40,726 nt of DNA from Capsulimonadales bacterium (GTDB lineage Bacteria; Armatimonadota; Armatimonadia; Armatimonadales; Armatimonadaceae): positions 1 to 40,726 of the forward strand of contig JANRLW010000001.1 of the NCBI GenBank assembly GCA_033762295.1, written 5' to 3'. Below, piece by piece: positions 1 through 9,164 of the stretch. A program made the position numbers and the translations under genes. How positions within the stretch are numbered: the stretch's first letter is position 1; each line of letters opens with the position of its first letter. Below the pieces are notes generated by a model, which saw only the letters and a list, made by a program, of their open reading frames with translations, was not told where the DNA came from and made no database searches.

Positions 1-1
1 C

Positions 2-130
2 ACCCTCCTGATTTTGACCGGGCTGCTCGAACCGCTCGGCATTCCCTTCGTCGGCGCCATCAACGCGATGGGCTATCTCCTCTGGTCGATCTGGGTGATC
101 GTCCTCGGGTTCTCTCTTCGTCGGTCCTGA
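2..130 (+). CDS. 3' end of a membrane protein, truncated by the window edge (resembles a DUF4386-type C-terminus)
   Basis: Manual translation TLLILTGLLEPLGIPFVGAINAMGYLLWSIWVIVLGFSLRRS*, with two hydrophobic helices and a TGA at 128-130. Confidence 0.6.
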   Translation, partial: TLLILTGLLEPLGIPFVGAINAMGYLLWSIWVIVLGFSLRRS

Positions 131-159
131 TTCTCCTCCTATCCGGAAAGGTTTGTACC

Positions 160-678
160 ATGTCTACCCTGTTTTCCCTCGTGACCCTTCGTCGCGCCTT
201 TTTTGTCTCTATCGCAACTATCGCTATTTTCCGTCCGACCGTGGCCCTCGCACAGGAGGCGGAACCGACCGACAAGGTCGCACCGCGACCGCTACGGACG
301 CTCTACGTCAACGGGTTCCGTGCTCCGTCGATTGGCCTTGAATACCGTGAAAACGCGTTCAGCGTCCACTCCGGTTTCTACACGACCATCCTTTCGAAAA
401 CCGATTCTAAGGAGAAACGCTCGACGAACTTTATCAAAACCGGGGTAACCTACTACTTCGCCGGGAACCGGGCCAGAGAGATGTACCTCTCCGTCGCTCA
501 CGTACGTGGTCTCACCGACGGATGGAAAAAAGATGGGGCATTCTTCGAGTACGGCACCCGGTGGCAAATCGGGAAGCGGTTGGAGTTCCGTCTGGGCGCG
601 GGCGTGCTTGCCGTGCCGGGGCGTTCGGCTCGACTGAACCCGACCCCGGGTCTCTCTTTTGCCCTGCCTTTGAATTAG
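160..678 (+). CDS. Secreted protein, probably a small outer-membrane beta-barrel
   Basis: Signal peptide ending ALA-QE, followed by amphipathic Gly/aromatic beta-strands (SIGLEYR, FIKTGVTYYF, FFEYGTRW, LEFRLGAGV). Confidence 0.6.
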   Translation: MSTLFSLVTLRRAFFVSIATIAIFRPTVALAQEAEPTDKVAPRPLRTLYVNGFRAPSIGLEYRENAFSVHSGFYTTILSKTDSKEKRSTNFIKTGVTYYFAGNRAREMYLSVAHVRGLTDGWKKDGAFFEYGTRWQIGKRLEFRLGAGVLAVPGRSARLNPTPGLSFALPLN

Positions 679-757
679 GGAAGAAAACGCGTTGCGATTC
701 GGGAAGGCGTGTGGGACGCCTTCCGCAACACGAGGGATCGCCGGAGGGTCGACGCCT

Positions 758-1333
758 TTATTCGTCCTCGCGTCCGGCGACCTCGATCACATCCTCGGCC
801 ATGTAGATCGGCGAGCGGGTTCGAAGCGCCAGAGCGATGGCGTCGGAGGGTCGCGCGTCGATATCGATGGTCTGGTTATCCTTGAGGGTAATGGTAATTC
901 GGGCGTAAAAGGTGCTCTGCCAGAGGTCGTCGATCGTCACTCGTTCGACCTTACCGCCCATTCGTTCGATCACATTGCGCAACAGATCATGGGTCAGCGG
1001 CCGTTCCGGCGACTTCTCCTCGATCGCCATCTGAATCGCCACCGTCTCGAACGGGCCAATGAAGATGGGCGCTTTCCGCCCACGGTTATCGCGCAAAAGG
1101 ACGAAGGTCTGTTTCGGCGGGCTGTCCGGGTCCTTGGGGTCGTGCGCTCCCCAGATGCCGAGGACCCGCACTTCCTTCTCGTTCAGGGCGCGCGGAACCC
1201 TGTTCTCGGTCTCGGAGGAACTCTCGTACGGGTTTTCGCCGGACCCACTCTCGCCCCGCTTCGGGCGTTCCTCCGAAGGCTGCCAGTCGCGAAACAGGTC
1301 GCCCAGGTTCAAATCGCGGAAATCGTCCGCCAT
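758..1333 (-). CDS. Bifunctional nuclease family protein (DUF151/BFN)
   Basis: Family motifs PIFIGPFE, RPLTHDL, TFYARI and DARPSDAIALALR. Confidence 0.9.
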   Translation of the reverse strand: MADDFRDLNLGDLFRDWQPSEERPKRGESGSGENPYESSSETENRVPRALNEKEVRVLGIWGAHDPKDPDSPPKQTFVLLRDNRGRKAPIFIGPFETVAIQMAIEEKSPERPLTHDLLRNVIERMGGKVERVTIDDLWQSTFYARITITLKDNQTIDIDARPSDAIALALRTRSPIYMAEDVIEVAGREDE

Positions 1334-1448
1334 TCAAAACTCCTCGCTTTCCCTACGAACACTGCGTCACCGGTTCCATTGTACGGCAGGAACGTTCGAA
1401 AGAAAAACGTTCCTGCCGTCCGTAAGGGTCATTCGGGCTTCTTCCTCA

Positions 1449-3215
1449 TCATTCTTCGGACTTGGCGGAGCGGTTGACCATACCGATGAAGTCCTTGTTG
1501 GACTTGGTCGCTTCCAGGCGATTGATCAGCAGTTCCGTCGATTCCTTGGTCCCGAGTCCGGCCAGAACGCGATGCAGCTGCCAGATCTTCTTCAGATCCT
1601 CCTCCGAGTAGAGCAGTTCGTCATGCCGGGTTCCGGACGCCTTGATGTCAATGGCCGGATAGATCCGCTGTTCCGCCAGAGAGCGGTCCAGCTTCAGTTC
1701 CATGTTGCCGGTCCCCTTGAACTCCTCGAAGATGATGTCGTCCATACGCGAGCCGGTCTCGACGAGGGCCGTCGCGATAATCGTCAGCGACCCGCCGTTT
1801 TCAATATTACGGGCCGCGCCGAAAAATCGTTTCGGGCGATAAATGGCTGCCGGGTCCAAACCGCCCTGAAGAGTACGCCCGGACGGCGTGACGGTCAGGT
1901 TCGACGCACGGGATAACCGGGTGATCGAGTCGAGCAGCAGGACGACATCGCGTCCCATTTCCACCAGTCGCTTCGCTTTTTCCAGCACCATATCCGCGAC
2001 ACGCATATGGTTTTCGGGCGGTTCGTCGAAGGTCGATGCCACGACCTCCCCCTTGACCGACCGCCGGATATCGGTCACCTCCTCCGGACGCTCATCGATC
2101 AGGAGGACCATGAGGGTAATTTCCGGATGGTTGGTCGTAATCGAGTTGGCGATATCCTTGAGCAGAATGGTTTTACCGGCCTTGGGCGGAGCGACAATCA
2201 GTCCGCGCTGTCCCTTGCCGATCGGAGCGACCAGATCGATGAATCGGGTCGGGATCTTTTTCGGGTCGGTCTCCAGAATCAGGCGTTCGTTCGGATAGAT
2301 CGGTGTCAGTTCGTCGAACTGGGGCCGACTTCGGGCGACATCGGGTTCAACATTGTTGACCTGTTCCACCCGCAGCAGTCCGAAGAACTTCTCGGACTCT
2401 TTGGGCGGACGGATCTGACCGACGATCGTATCGCCGGTTTTGAGTCCGAACCGCTTGATCTGCGTCTGGGAGACGTAGATATCATCGGAGTTGGCGGCGA
2501 AGTTGTTATGTCGAAGAAAACCAAACCCTTCGGACGTGATCTCCAGAACGCCCGTCCCGGTGATCTGATCTTCCGTGTCCCCTTCGAAATCGGCCTCCAT
2601 ACGCGCCTGGCGCTCCATTCGTTCGCGGCGGTCACGGGGCGGGGCGAACGGGTTCTGTCCGCGCGCCGGGCGCATCTCGTACCCCGGCCGGTCGGAGCGA
2701 TCGTTCCGGTCGTTCCGGTCATTTCGATCCGACCGGTCGCCACGATCATTTCGATCGGAGCGATCATTCCGATCCGATCGGTCACCACGATCATTTCGTT
2801 CGCCACGATCGTTCCGGTCGGAGCGGTCATTTCGATCCGACCGGTCGACCTTCAATCGGTCGGTGCGTGCCGGTCGGGGTTCCGGTTCGCTGCGTTCGAT
2901 CGGTTCGATACGGGGCGGCAGCGGCAGATCGAACCGTACGGGTTCGGGCGCGGGGGGTTCGGCGACCGGCGACAGTTCGGCGACCGGGAGGGCGGGCGCG
3001 ACCGGTTCCGTTTCGGGAGTTTTCTCCGCCGTCGCTCGGGAGGCGCGGGAGGCGCGCACCGTTTTCTCGGCCGCCGCTTCGGCGACGCGGGTGGCACGGG
3101 TGACGGTTCGTCGTCGGGTCGGACGGGGGGTTTCGACGCCGTCCGCACCCGGCGTTTCGACGGGGGCAGCGGTTTCGGCGCCTGCGGGCACTTCGATTGT
3201 TTCGGGGGATTCCAT
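1449..3215 (-). CDS. rho: Transcription termination factor Rho with a long low-complexity N-terminal region
   Basis: RNA-binding GFGFLR and DIYVS motifs, [19 protein letters not shown] (Walker A), [20 protein letters not shown] and [10 protein letters not shown]. Start placed at MESPET (3215). Confidence 0.97.
   Translation of the reverse strand: MESPETIEVPAGAETAAPVETPGADGVETPRPTRRRTVTRATRVAEAAAEKTVRASRASRATAEKTPETEPVAPALPVAELSPVAEPPAPEPVRFDLPLPPRIEPIERSEPEPRPARTDRLKVDRSDRNDRSDRNDRGERNDRGDRSDRNDRSDRNDRGDRSDRNDRNDRNDRSDRPGYEMRPARGQNPFAPPRDRRERMERQARMEADFEGDTEDQITGTGVLEITSEGFGFLRHNNFAANSDDIYVSQTQIKRFGLKTGDTIVGQIRPPKESEKFFGLLRVEQVNNVEPDVARSRPQFDELTPIYPNERLILETDPKKIPTRFIDLVAPIGKGQRGLIVAPPKAGKTILLKDIANSITTNHPEITLMVLLIDERPEEVTDIRRSVKGEVVASTFDEPPENHMRVADMVLEKAKRLVEMGRDVVLLLDSITRLSRASNLTVTPSGRTLQGGLDPAAIYRPKRFFGAARNIENGGSLTIIATALVETGSRMDDIIFEEFKGTGNMELKLDRSLAEQRIYPAIDIKASGTRHDELLYSEEDLKKIWQLHRVLAGLGTKESTELLINRLEATKSNKDFIGMVNRSAKSEE
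2685..2846 (-). repeat. Coding tandem repeat in rho: 18 copies of a 9-bp unit encoding (D/E)R(S/N/G/P)
   Basis: Translation [54 protein letters not shown]. Confidence 0.95.
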
Positions 3216-3720
3216 ACGTAAAATTTCCTGTGGGTATTGGTGAACTCTTCCCGGACGACTCATGCGGATGGGAAAGAGAGGATCCGAAGGTCGGTGTGCC
3301 GCCACCGGCACCACCGGGTATGAGCGATTGTCAAAGCCTCGGCTGTTTGGAAAATCTCAACGCGGGCAGTCTTATCCGGTCTCTGTTTTCTCCGGATGCA
3401 GTGAGCGATCGTGACGGAAGATGGACTGTGTCGGTACCGCGATCCCGGTAGACCCGCGGCAAATTCCTCATGCTCCGGCCCATCCGGCCCGGGAACGGTT
3501 CCCCGCCGGATAGTTGTCTTACCCTTTTACCGTAACGCTAAGGAACGGCACCGGGTTTCATGCATCTCATCGTCCGACGGAAAACGGGCATTCGCGCAGA
3601 TGCCGCACTCAGGAATCTTCCGACGGGAGATCAAACGCCGCGGGACTGCCGAACGGGAAAAGAAAGTAGAGAAACGGGAGATGTTTTGGGAAACATCTCT
3701 GTACCCCGCATTCCATCCTC

Positions 3721-3748
3721 AGTATACCACACGGAGAACGGTTTCAAA
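3721..3748 (-). promoter_or_regulatory. Candidate sigma70 promoter upstream of rho
   Basis: Minus strand TTGAAA-N15-TATACT with an extended -10 (TGG-TATACT), about 500 nt upstream of the rho start. Confidence 0.5.
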
Positions 3749-3809
3749 CGCTCCCGCTCTTTACATCGGCATAAATTTCCGTCTACTGAAGACCGGCCGC
3801 CAGCGTTTT

Positions 3810-4376
3810 TTATCCACCGCCGTAAATTACCGGCTTCAACACCCCGATATAGGGCAACGAACGATATCGACCGAGATAATCCAGTCCGTAACCCACCACA
3901 TACTCCTCTTCCACGATAAAACCGCAGTAGTCCGGCCCGACTCCGCCGACAATCCGACGACGGGAGGGCTTGTCCAGAAGCGTGCAGACCTTGACCGAGG
4001 CCGCTCGACGCGAACGAAGATTATCCAGCAGATACGAAAGTCGCAGCGACATGCGCGGGTCCATCACATCCTCGATGACCAGAACATGGCGGCTCTCCAC
4101 CGGTTCATCCAGATCCTTCAGAATCCGCACGACGCCCGACGACCGCGTTTCCCTGCCATAGGAACCGATCGCCACAAAATCGAAGGAGAGCGGGATTTCG
4201 ATATGACGCACCAGGTCCGCCAGAAAAAGGGTCGCGCCCTTCAATACGCCGACCAGATACAGATCCTTGCCCTCGTAATCGCGGGAAATCTCCGCCCCCA
4301 GAGCGGCCACCCGCTCCTGAATCTGTTTCTCCGTAATACGGATCGTCTCGATGTCCGAATGAGGAAAATGTGCCAT
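3810..4376 (-). CDS. hpt: Hypoxanthine phosphoribosyltransferase with an atypical PRPP-binding loop
   Basis: Motifs GVLKGA, SYG, VLVIEDV, LLDKPSRR and VVGYGLDY..RYRSLPYI. Confidence 0.88.
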   Translation of the reverse strand: MAHFPHSDIETIRITEKQIQERVAALGAEISRDYEGKDLYLVGVLKGATLFLADLVRHIEIPLSFDFVAIGSYGRETRSSGVVRILKDLDEPVESRHVLVIEDVMDPRMSLRLSYLLDNLRSRRAASVKVCTLLDKPSRRRIVGGVGPDYCGFIVEEEYVVGYGLDYLGRYRSLPYIGVLKPVIYGGG

Positions 4377-4436
4377 AGACTACGTTTGTCGGGCAGACTC
4401 CGACCTTCCCGTCCGGACGGGGAGACCGCCCCCTCC

Positions 4437-5384
4437 TTAGATTGAACCCTGATCCGTCCACGACTCCGATGCCATCCGATCGGTTCGACCGAACCGACGA
4501 AGCAGAAAGTCGCCGACCGCCCACAAAACGACCCGGCGACGTCGCCGGTCGCCGCGAACCGCCGAACTTGCCGCCAGCCGCAGCGCCTCCGCCAGTCCTC
4601 GCCCGATCGCCCGCCAGGGCGGCCTTCCGTGCGTCGCCAGGTACAGCAACGCGTTTCGCCGCATGTAGTACAGCGTCGTCAGGGAATCCGTTCCCGTCGA
4701 TCGTGAGACCTTATGCCACAAACGCCCCTTCGGCTGATGGACGACCCGCCAGCCCTGACGCCGCGCGCGGGCGCAAAGATCGGACTCCTCATAATACAGG
4801 AAATACCGCTCGTCGAACAGACCGACCTGCTCCCAGACGACGCGTTTCGCCAGCAGACCGCACCCGACGATAAAATCCCGCTCCTCCGGCAAACACGGCA
4901 ACTCCTCGACCCGACAACCCTGCCCGATCATCCGGGACTCAGCCCCCGGTCCCATCGCGCCGCCCGCCGACCAGACGATCGCCGGTTCGGCAGAGTACAG
5001 CATCACCGGCCCGACAATCCCGATACGCGGGTCGCTTTCCGCCAGCGATACCAGCGGTTCCAGCAGACCGGGATCGACCGTCGTATCGTTATTCAGCAGA
5101 AACACATACGCCGCGCCATCCGACAACGCCCGGCGGATTCCGACGTTGTTACCGCCCGCGAACCCGTTGTTCGTCGGATTCTCGATCACGCACACTTCGG
5201 GAAACGCCGCGCGCACCGCCTCCGGCGTACCGTCCCGCCGCCCGTCTCCCGGTCCGAACGGCTGATCGATCAGATAGGTCCGAAACGCCGGGTAGGTCAG
5301 TCGCCGCAGCGACGCGAGACACTCGAGCGTGTCCTCGCGCCCGCGATAATTGATCAGGACGATGGCGACGACGGGGTTCGGCAT
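4437..5384 (-). CDS. Glycosyltransferase family 2 (WbbL/rhamnosyltransferase-like)
   Basis: Motifs IVLINY, NNGFAGGNN, LLNNDT and FDERYFLYYEESDLC. Start at MPNPVV. Confidence 0.9.
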   Translation of the reverse strand: MPNPVVAIVLINYRGREDTLECLASLRRLTYPAFRTYLIDQPFGPGDGRRDGTPEAVRAAFPEVCVIENPTNNGFAGGNNVGIRRALSDGAAYVFLLNNDTTVDPGLLEPLVSLAESDPRIGIVGPVMLYSAEPAIVWSAGGAMGPGAESRMIGQGCRVEELPCLPEERDFIVGCGLLAKRVVWEQVGLFDERYFLYYEESDLCARARRQGWRVVHQPKGRLWHKVSRSTGTDSLTTLYYMRRNALLYLATHGRPPWRAIGRGLAEALRLAASSAVRGDRRRRRVVLWAVGDFLLRRFGRTDRMASESWTDQGSI

Positions 5385-5917
5385 AATCGGTAGACGACCG
5401 CCGGATCCGCAAACCCCGGCAGGAGACGCTCGCATTCGAACCGGAGTCCGATCTTTTCCATGACCCGACGGGAAGCGAGATTGGTCGCCAGCGTGATGGC
5501 CGCCACGCAGGCCGTCTCCCGCGCCTCGAACGCATGATCTCGCAACCTCGCCGCGCCCTCGGTTCCCAGTCCCCTGCCCCAGCAGAACCGCATCAGGCGA
5601 TAGCCGACCTCGGTATCATCCGCCGTAAACCCGACCTCCTGCGCGAACCGAAAATGGAGACCGGGGCGCAGCAAAAACCAGCCAAGAAACGCGCCGGTGA
5701 CCTTCTCCTCGGCCACGAAAAAGCCGTAGCCGGGATTCTCCGCGTAGTACGGCAGAACCCGCTCCTCCAGGGCGCGACGCGCGGCCTCCGGGTCGGTCAT
5801 CACCGGGCCAAGGTAGCGCATCACCTCCGGGTCGGAATCCAGGGCGAACATCGCCGGAGCGTCACTCCTTCGGAATTCGCGCAGTCCCAGACGTTCGGTT
5901 TCGAGGAAGTAAGCCAT
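5354..5917 (-). CDS. GNAT N-acetyltransferase (RimJ/RimL family)
   Basis: Motifs LETERLGLR, EVGYRL, WGRGLGTE and NLASRRVMEKIG. An alternative start exists at 5986. Overlaps the start of the GT2 gene. Confidence 0.88.
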   Translation of the reverse strand: MAYFLETERLGLREFRRSDAPAMFALDSDPEVMRYLGPVMTDPEAARRALEERVLPYYAENPGYGFFVAEEKVTGAFLGWFLLRPGLHFRFAQEVGFTADDTEVGYRLMRFCWGRGLGTEGAARLRDHAFEARETACVAAITLATNLASRRVMEKIGLRFECERLLPGFADPAVVYRLCRTPSSPSS

Positions 5918-6001
5918 TTCGCCGGACGATGATACCGATTTCGGAGGCGTTTGACAAGGGTCGGCGTCCGATCCTCTCGTTTCCATCCCGTTATCCCGTT
6001 T

Positions 6002-8131
6002 CTATTTTGGCGGTTTCGGCTCCCCGAAATAGATTCCCCGGCCATTCGTTCCGATAAAGACGCGCCCGAAGGTCTGCCAGGAGGCGGCCATGCTGTTCGG
6101 ATCGTCGCCGACCGGTATCGCCGGGTCCTGAATCGTCTGCCAGGAGACGCCGCCGTCGGTCGATCGGTAGATCCCGTCCCGTCCCTTCGCCGGGCGTCCG
6201 TACAGGTAAAGCGTCGGTTCGGTCGCGCCCGGCGCGGCCTTTCCGACCGCGAAAAGGTGCGAACCGGCGACCGACACAACCGGCGCGAACGTCGTCCCGC
6301 CGTCCGTCGACCGGTGCAAACCGCCCTCCCCGACCGAGAGATAGACCCGCCCCGCCTGGCCGGGTACGGTGACGAGGGCCGGATTGCCTCCCTTCGGCAG
6401 TCCGGTCGCCGCCGGCACGAAACGCGTCCCGCCGTCCTCGGATCGGAAGAGAGTCCCCTCGTGATAGGCGTAGAAGGTCGCCGGTTTCGCGCCGTCCGCC
6501 GCCAGCGGTTGTGTCCAGTTCCAGGTATCGTGCACCCGGACCCCGTCCAGTCCCTCGACCGGCTGCCACGATTTACCGCCGTCCCTGGTCGACAGCCCGC
6601 CGTCCGCGCCCAGTTTCAGGACGACGAGATTGGCCGGATCGGTCGCCGAGATCGCGATTCGCGCGGGCACGGTTTTTTCGTCCCATTGTCCGAATCCGCG
6701 CCAGGTTCTGCCGCCATCATCGGAGGTCGCCCCGCCGCCGGTTCCGTTCCAGCGCCGCCCGCCGACCCGGGCCATCGACAGCGGACGGGTCGCGCACCAG
6801 GCGATCTGCAGACAGTCGCCGAACGTCGGTCCCGTTCCGCCGTAGTAGTCCCCGAACCCCTTCGTCGGAAATTCGGTCAGGCTCTCGTGCGGGAAGCCGT
6901 CGACATCCGCCACTCCGGAGAGCAGCGGCAGACCGACCGGCGGCGCGGCCAGGGAGAAGACGACCACCTCCTCGTGCCCGCGTTCGTCGCTGGCAAACGT
7001 CACCGTCGGGGCGTCGATATCCTCCGTGCGGTAGGTCGCGTACCAGTCCGTCAGCCAGACCCGATTCGGAACCGCGGCGTCGAAGGCGAGACCGGCGACG
7101 TATTGTATCTGACGCATTCCGCCGGAGTACCAGGGGACGGAACTCCGGGTTTCGGTAACCACTCTCTTCCACGTTGCGCCCCGGTCACGCGAACGGAAAA
7201 GCCGCAGTTCGCCCGACTGCCCTGTCACCAGTAGATCCTTCGGATCGCGCGGATGGACCGAGAGACCTCCGAAACCGCCGCTCTCGCCGGGCGGAGTGAT
7301 CTCCGTCCACCGCTGACCGTCCCAGCGGGCAACCCCTTTGCCATGGGTCGCATACAGATGACCGTCCGCGCCCGCCGCGAGTCGTTCGGCGTCGGCCGGC
7401 CCGTTTTCCAGCCGGCGCCAGCGTTCGCCCAGGTCGTCCGAGGCGAATATCCCGTCTCCGAAGACCGACGCAAAGATCGTTCCGCCCGCCGTCGGGACGC
7501 AGGCCAGAGCGTTGATCCCGATCCCTTCCTTTCCTCTGGCCGGCAGGCCGTTCAAACGGGTCCAGGTTTTCCCGTCGTCGCGTGAGCGGAACAGTCCGTC
7601 GTGACGCGAACCGAAAAACAGGACGGGCGGTCCCGCCGCCGTCAGCACCAGACGCGGTCCGCCCCACCGGTGGTCCTCGTTTCCGCCCATCCTGACCGCC
7701 AGAGAAAGCGGTCGCCATGTCCGGCCCCGGTCGGTCGAGCGGAAAAGACGGCCCGGAAGTTCGCTCCATCCGTACTTCCCCGCCGCCACGAACACGACAT
7801 TCGGCCGACGCGGATCGATCGCCAGTCCCTCCCCTCCGTAGTAGTTGCTCTCCTCCCGGCGAAAACCGTCGCTCAGCGAAATCCACTGCCTGCCGGAGGC
7901 GTTCCATCGGAAGAAGCCGCCGACATCGGTTCGAATGTAGACAAGATCCTTCTCCCCGGGATGCGTGACAACGTCGGTCACATATCCGCCGCCGCCGATC
8001 ACGACGTTTTTCCATACATAAGCGGTTGCATTCGGCGTCTGCGCGGCGGATATCCGCCCGCTCAGGAGCAGCAGACCGCCGATCAAACCGAGAATCTCCG
8101 GGAGCGAAGCCGTTCGTGCCTGGTTTTTCAT
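6002..8131 (-). CDS. Secreted GH74-like (xyloglucanase-type) double beta-propeller with BNR/Asp-box repeats
   Basis: Signal peptide, WKNVVIGGGGYV, RTDVGG and GVADVDG (candidate catalytic Asp pair), many SxDxGxTW boxes, and terminal FIGTNGRGIYFG. Confidence 0.85.
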   Translation of the reverse strand: MKNQARTASLPEILGLIGGLLLLSGRISAAQTPNATAYVWKNVVIGGGGYVTDVVTHPGEKDLVYIRTDVGGFFRWNASGRQWISLSDGFRREESNYYGGEGLAIDPRRPNVVFVAAGKYGWSELPGRLFRSTDRGRTWRPLSLAVRMGGNEDHRWGGPRLVLTAAGPPVLFFGSRHDGLFRSRDDGKTWTRLNGLPARGKEGIGINALACVPTAGGTIFASVFGDGIFASDDLGERWRRLENGPADAERLAAGADGHLYATHGKGVARWDGQRWTEITPPGESGGFGGLSVHPRDPKDLLVTGQSGELRLFRSRDRGATWKRVVTETRSSVPWYSGGMRQIQYVAGLAFDAAVPNRVWLTDWYATYRTEDIDAPTVTFASDERGHEEVVVFSLAAPPVGLPLLSGVADVDGFPHESLTEFPTKGFGDYYGGTGPTFGDCLQIAWCATRPLSMARVGGRRWNGTGGGATSDDGGRTWRGFGQWDEKTVPARIAISATDPANLVVLKLGADGGLSTRDGGKSWQPVEGLDGVRVHDTWNWTQPLAADGAKPATFYAYHEGTLFRSEDGGTRFVPAATGLPKGGNPALVTVPGQAGRVYLSVGEGGLHRSTDGGTTFAPVVSVAGSHLFAVGKAAPGATEPTLYLYGRPAKGRDGIYRSTDGGVSWQTIQDPAIPVGDDPNSMAASWQTFGRVFIGTNGRGIYFGEPKPPK

Positions 8132-8270
8132 CGAATTACCTTATATTCTTTATCCAAGAAATAAACTTTACTTCTTTGTGGACGATCGATACACTGTCGG
8201 GTAGTTAGTGGCCGTGCGTCCGCGGCAGATGGTTGCCTCGTGTCACGCCGGTTGATGAGGAAGAATATCC

Positions 8271-9095
8271 ATGGCAACGACGATCATCAAACAGGGGCAA
8301 CCCGGCAGCAAAGCATGGTTCAAGGACAGTTTTCTGCTGCATAAGCTTCACTCCCTCAGCGGAGTTATGCCGATCGGCTTCTTCATGATCTTCCACCTTA
8401 CCGCAAACTCCTACAGTTTGCGCGGAGCGACGGAGTTCAATACCGCGGTCAAGGCGATTTCCTATGCGCCGTTCGTGATTCTGCTCGAAATCTTTGTCAT
8501 CGCGATCCCGATCCTGTTCCACGCGATCTACGGCATCTTCATCGCCATGGAGATGCAGGGGCCGGGGGGCAATACCTCCTACTACGGTTATCAGCGGAAC
8601 TGGCTCTATGTCCTGCAACGCTGGTCGGGGGTCGTCGCCTTCGCCTATATCCTCTGGCACACATGGGATACCACCTTTTTCAAGTACGGGTATGAACTGA
8701 CTCAGGGCGAGGCGGGTCACGAACTCGGTTTCCGGGCGATCTCGTACGATGCCATGGCCTGGCGCATGGCGCAGCCGTGGTACCTGGCGATGCAGATCAC
8801 CGGCGTAACGGCGGCGGCGTTTCATCTGGGCAACGGCGTTCTGAACTTCGCGATTCGCTGGGGCATCGCGATCGGACGGGACGCACAGCGGATCGCCGCC
8901 GGGATCGGCTGGCTGCTGGGTCTCGGCCTCACCGGTCTCGGCGTTCTGATCGCTGTGAACTTTGCCATCAACGGCCAGAAACTGCATCAGACCTATCCGA
9001 CGCTGGACTCTTTGATCCGGACGCAGATCGAGCAGCAGAAGGCCGTCTCGCAGACTCCGTCGTCGTCCTCGCACACGGTCGTCCGCGCGAATTAA
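8271..9095 (+). CDS. sdhC: Succinate dehydrogenase cytochrome b558 subunit
   Basis: Heme-ligand His motifs KLHSLSG, FHL, LFHAIYG, LQRWSG and AFHLGNG; five TM helices; directly upstream of sdhA. Confidence 0.93.
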   Translation: MATTIIKQGQPGSKAWFKDSFLLHKLHSLSGVMPIGFFMIFHLTANSYSLRGATEFNTAVKAISYAPFVILLEIFVIAIPILFHAIYGIFIAMEMQGPGGNTSYYGYQRNWLYVLQRWSGVVAFAYILWHTWDTTFFKYGYELTQGEAGHELGFRAISYDAMAWRMAQPWYLAMQITGVTAAAFHLGNGVLNFAIRWGIAIGRDAQRIAAGIGWLLGLGLTGLGVLIAVNFAINGQKLHQTYPTLDSLIRTQIEQQKAVSQTPSSSSHTVVRAN

Positions 9096-9102
9096 TCCGT
9101 TC

Positions 9103-9147
9103 GAAGTGATCGTAGAAGTGGTAGAAGTGATCGTAGAAGCGATCGTA
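9103..9147 (+). repeat. Intergenic tandem repeat of about four GAAGTGATCGTA units between sdhC and sdhA
   Basis: GAAGTGATCGTA / GAAGTGGTA / GAAGTGATCGTA / GAAGCGATCGTA. Confidence 0.85.
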
Positions 9148-9164
9148 TTGGAAAGGCAATCGGA

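Noticed and set aside
2685..2846. Repeats in rho, sdhA and the sdhC-sdhA spacer considered as a CRISPR array
   Set aside because: Units are 9-12 bp and contiguous, without unique spacers, and no cas genes are present.
3411..4445. 344-aa plus-strand ORF and small ORFs in the rho leader
   Set aside because: Antisense to hpt, with atypical composition and no RBS or motifs.
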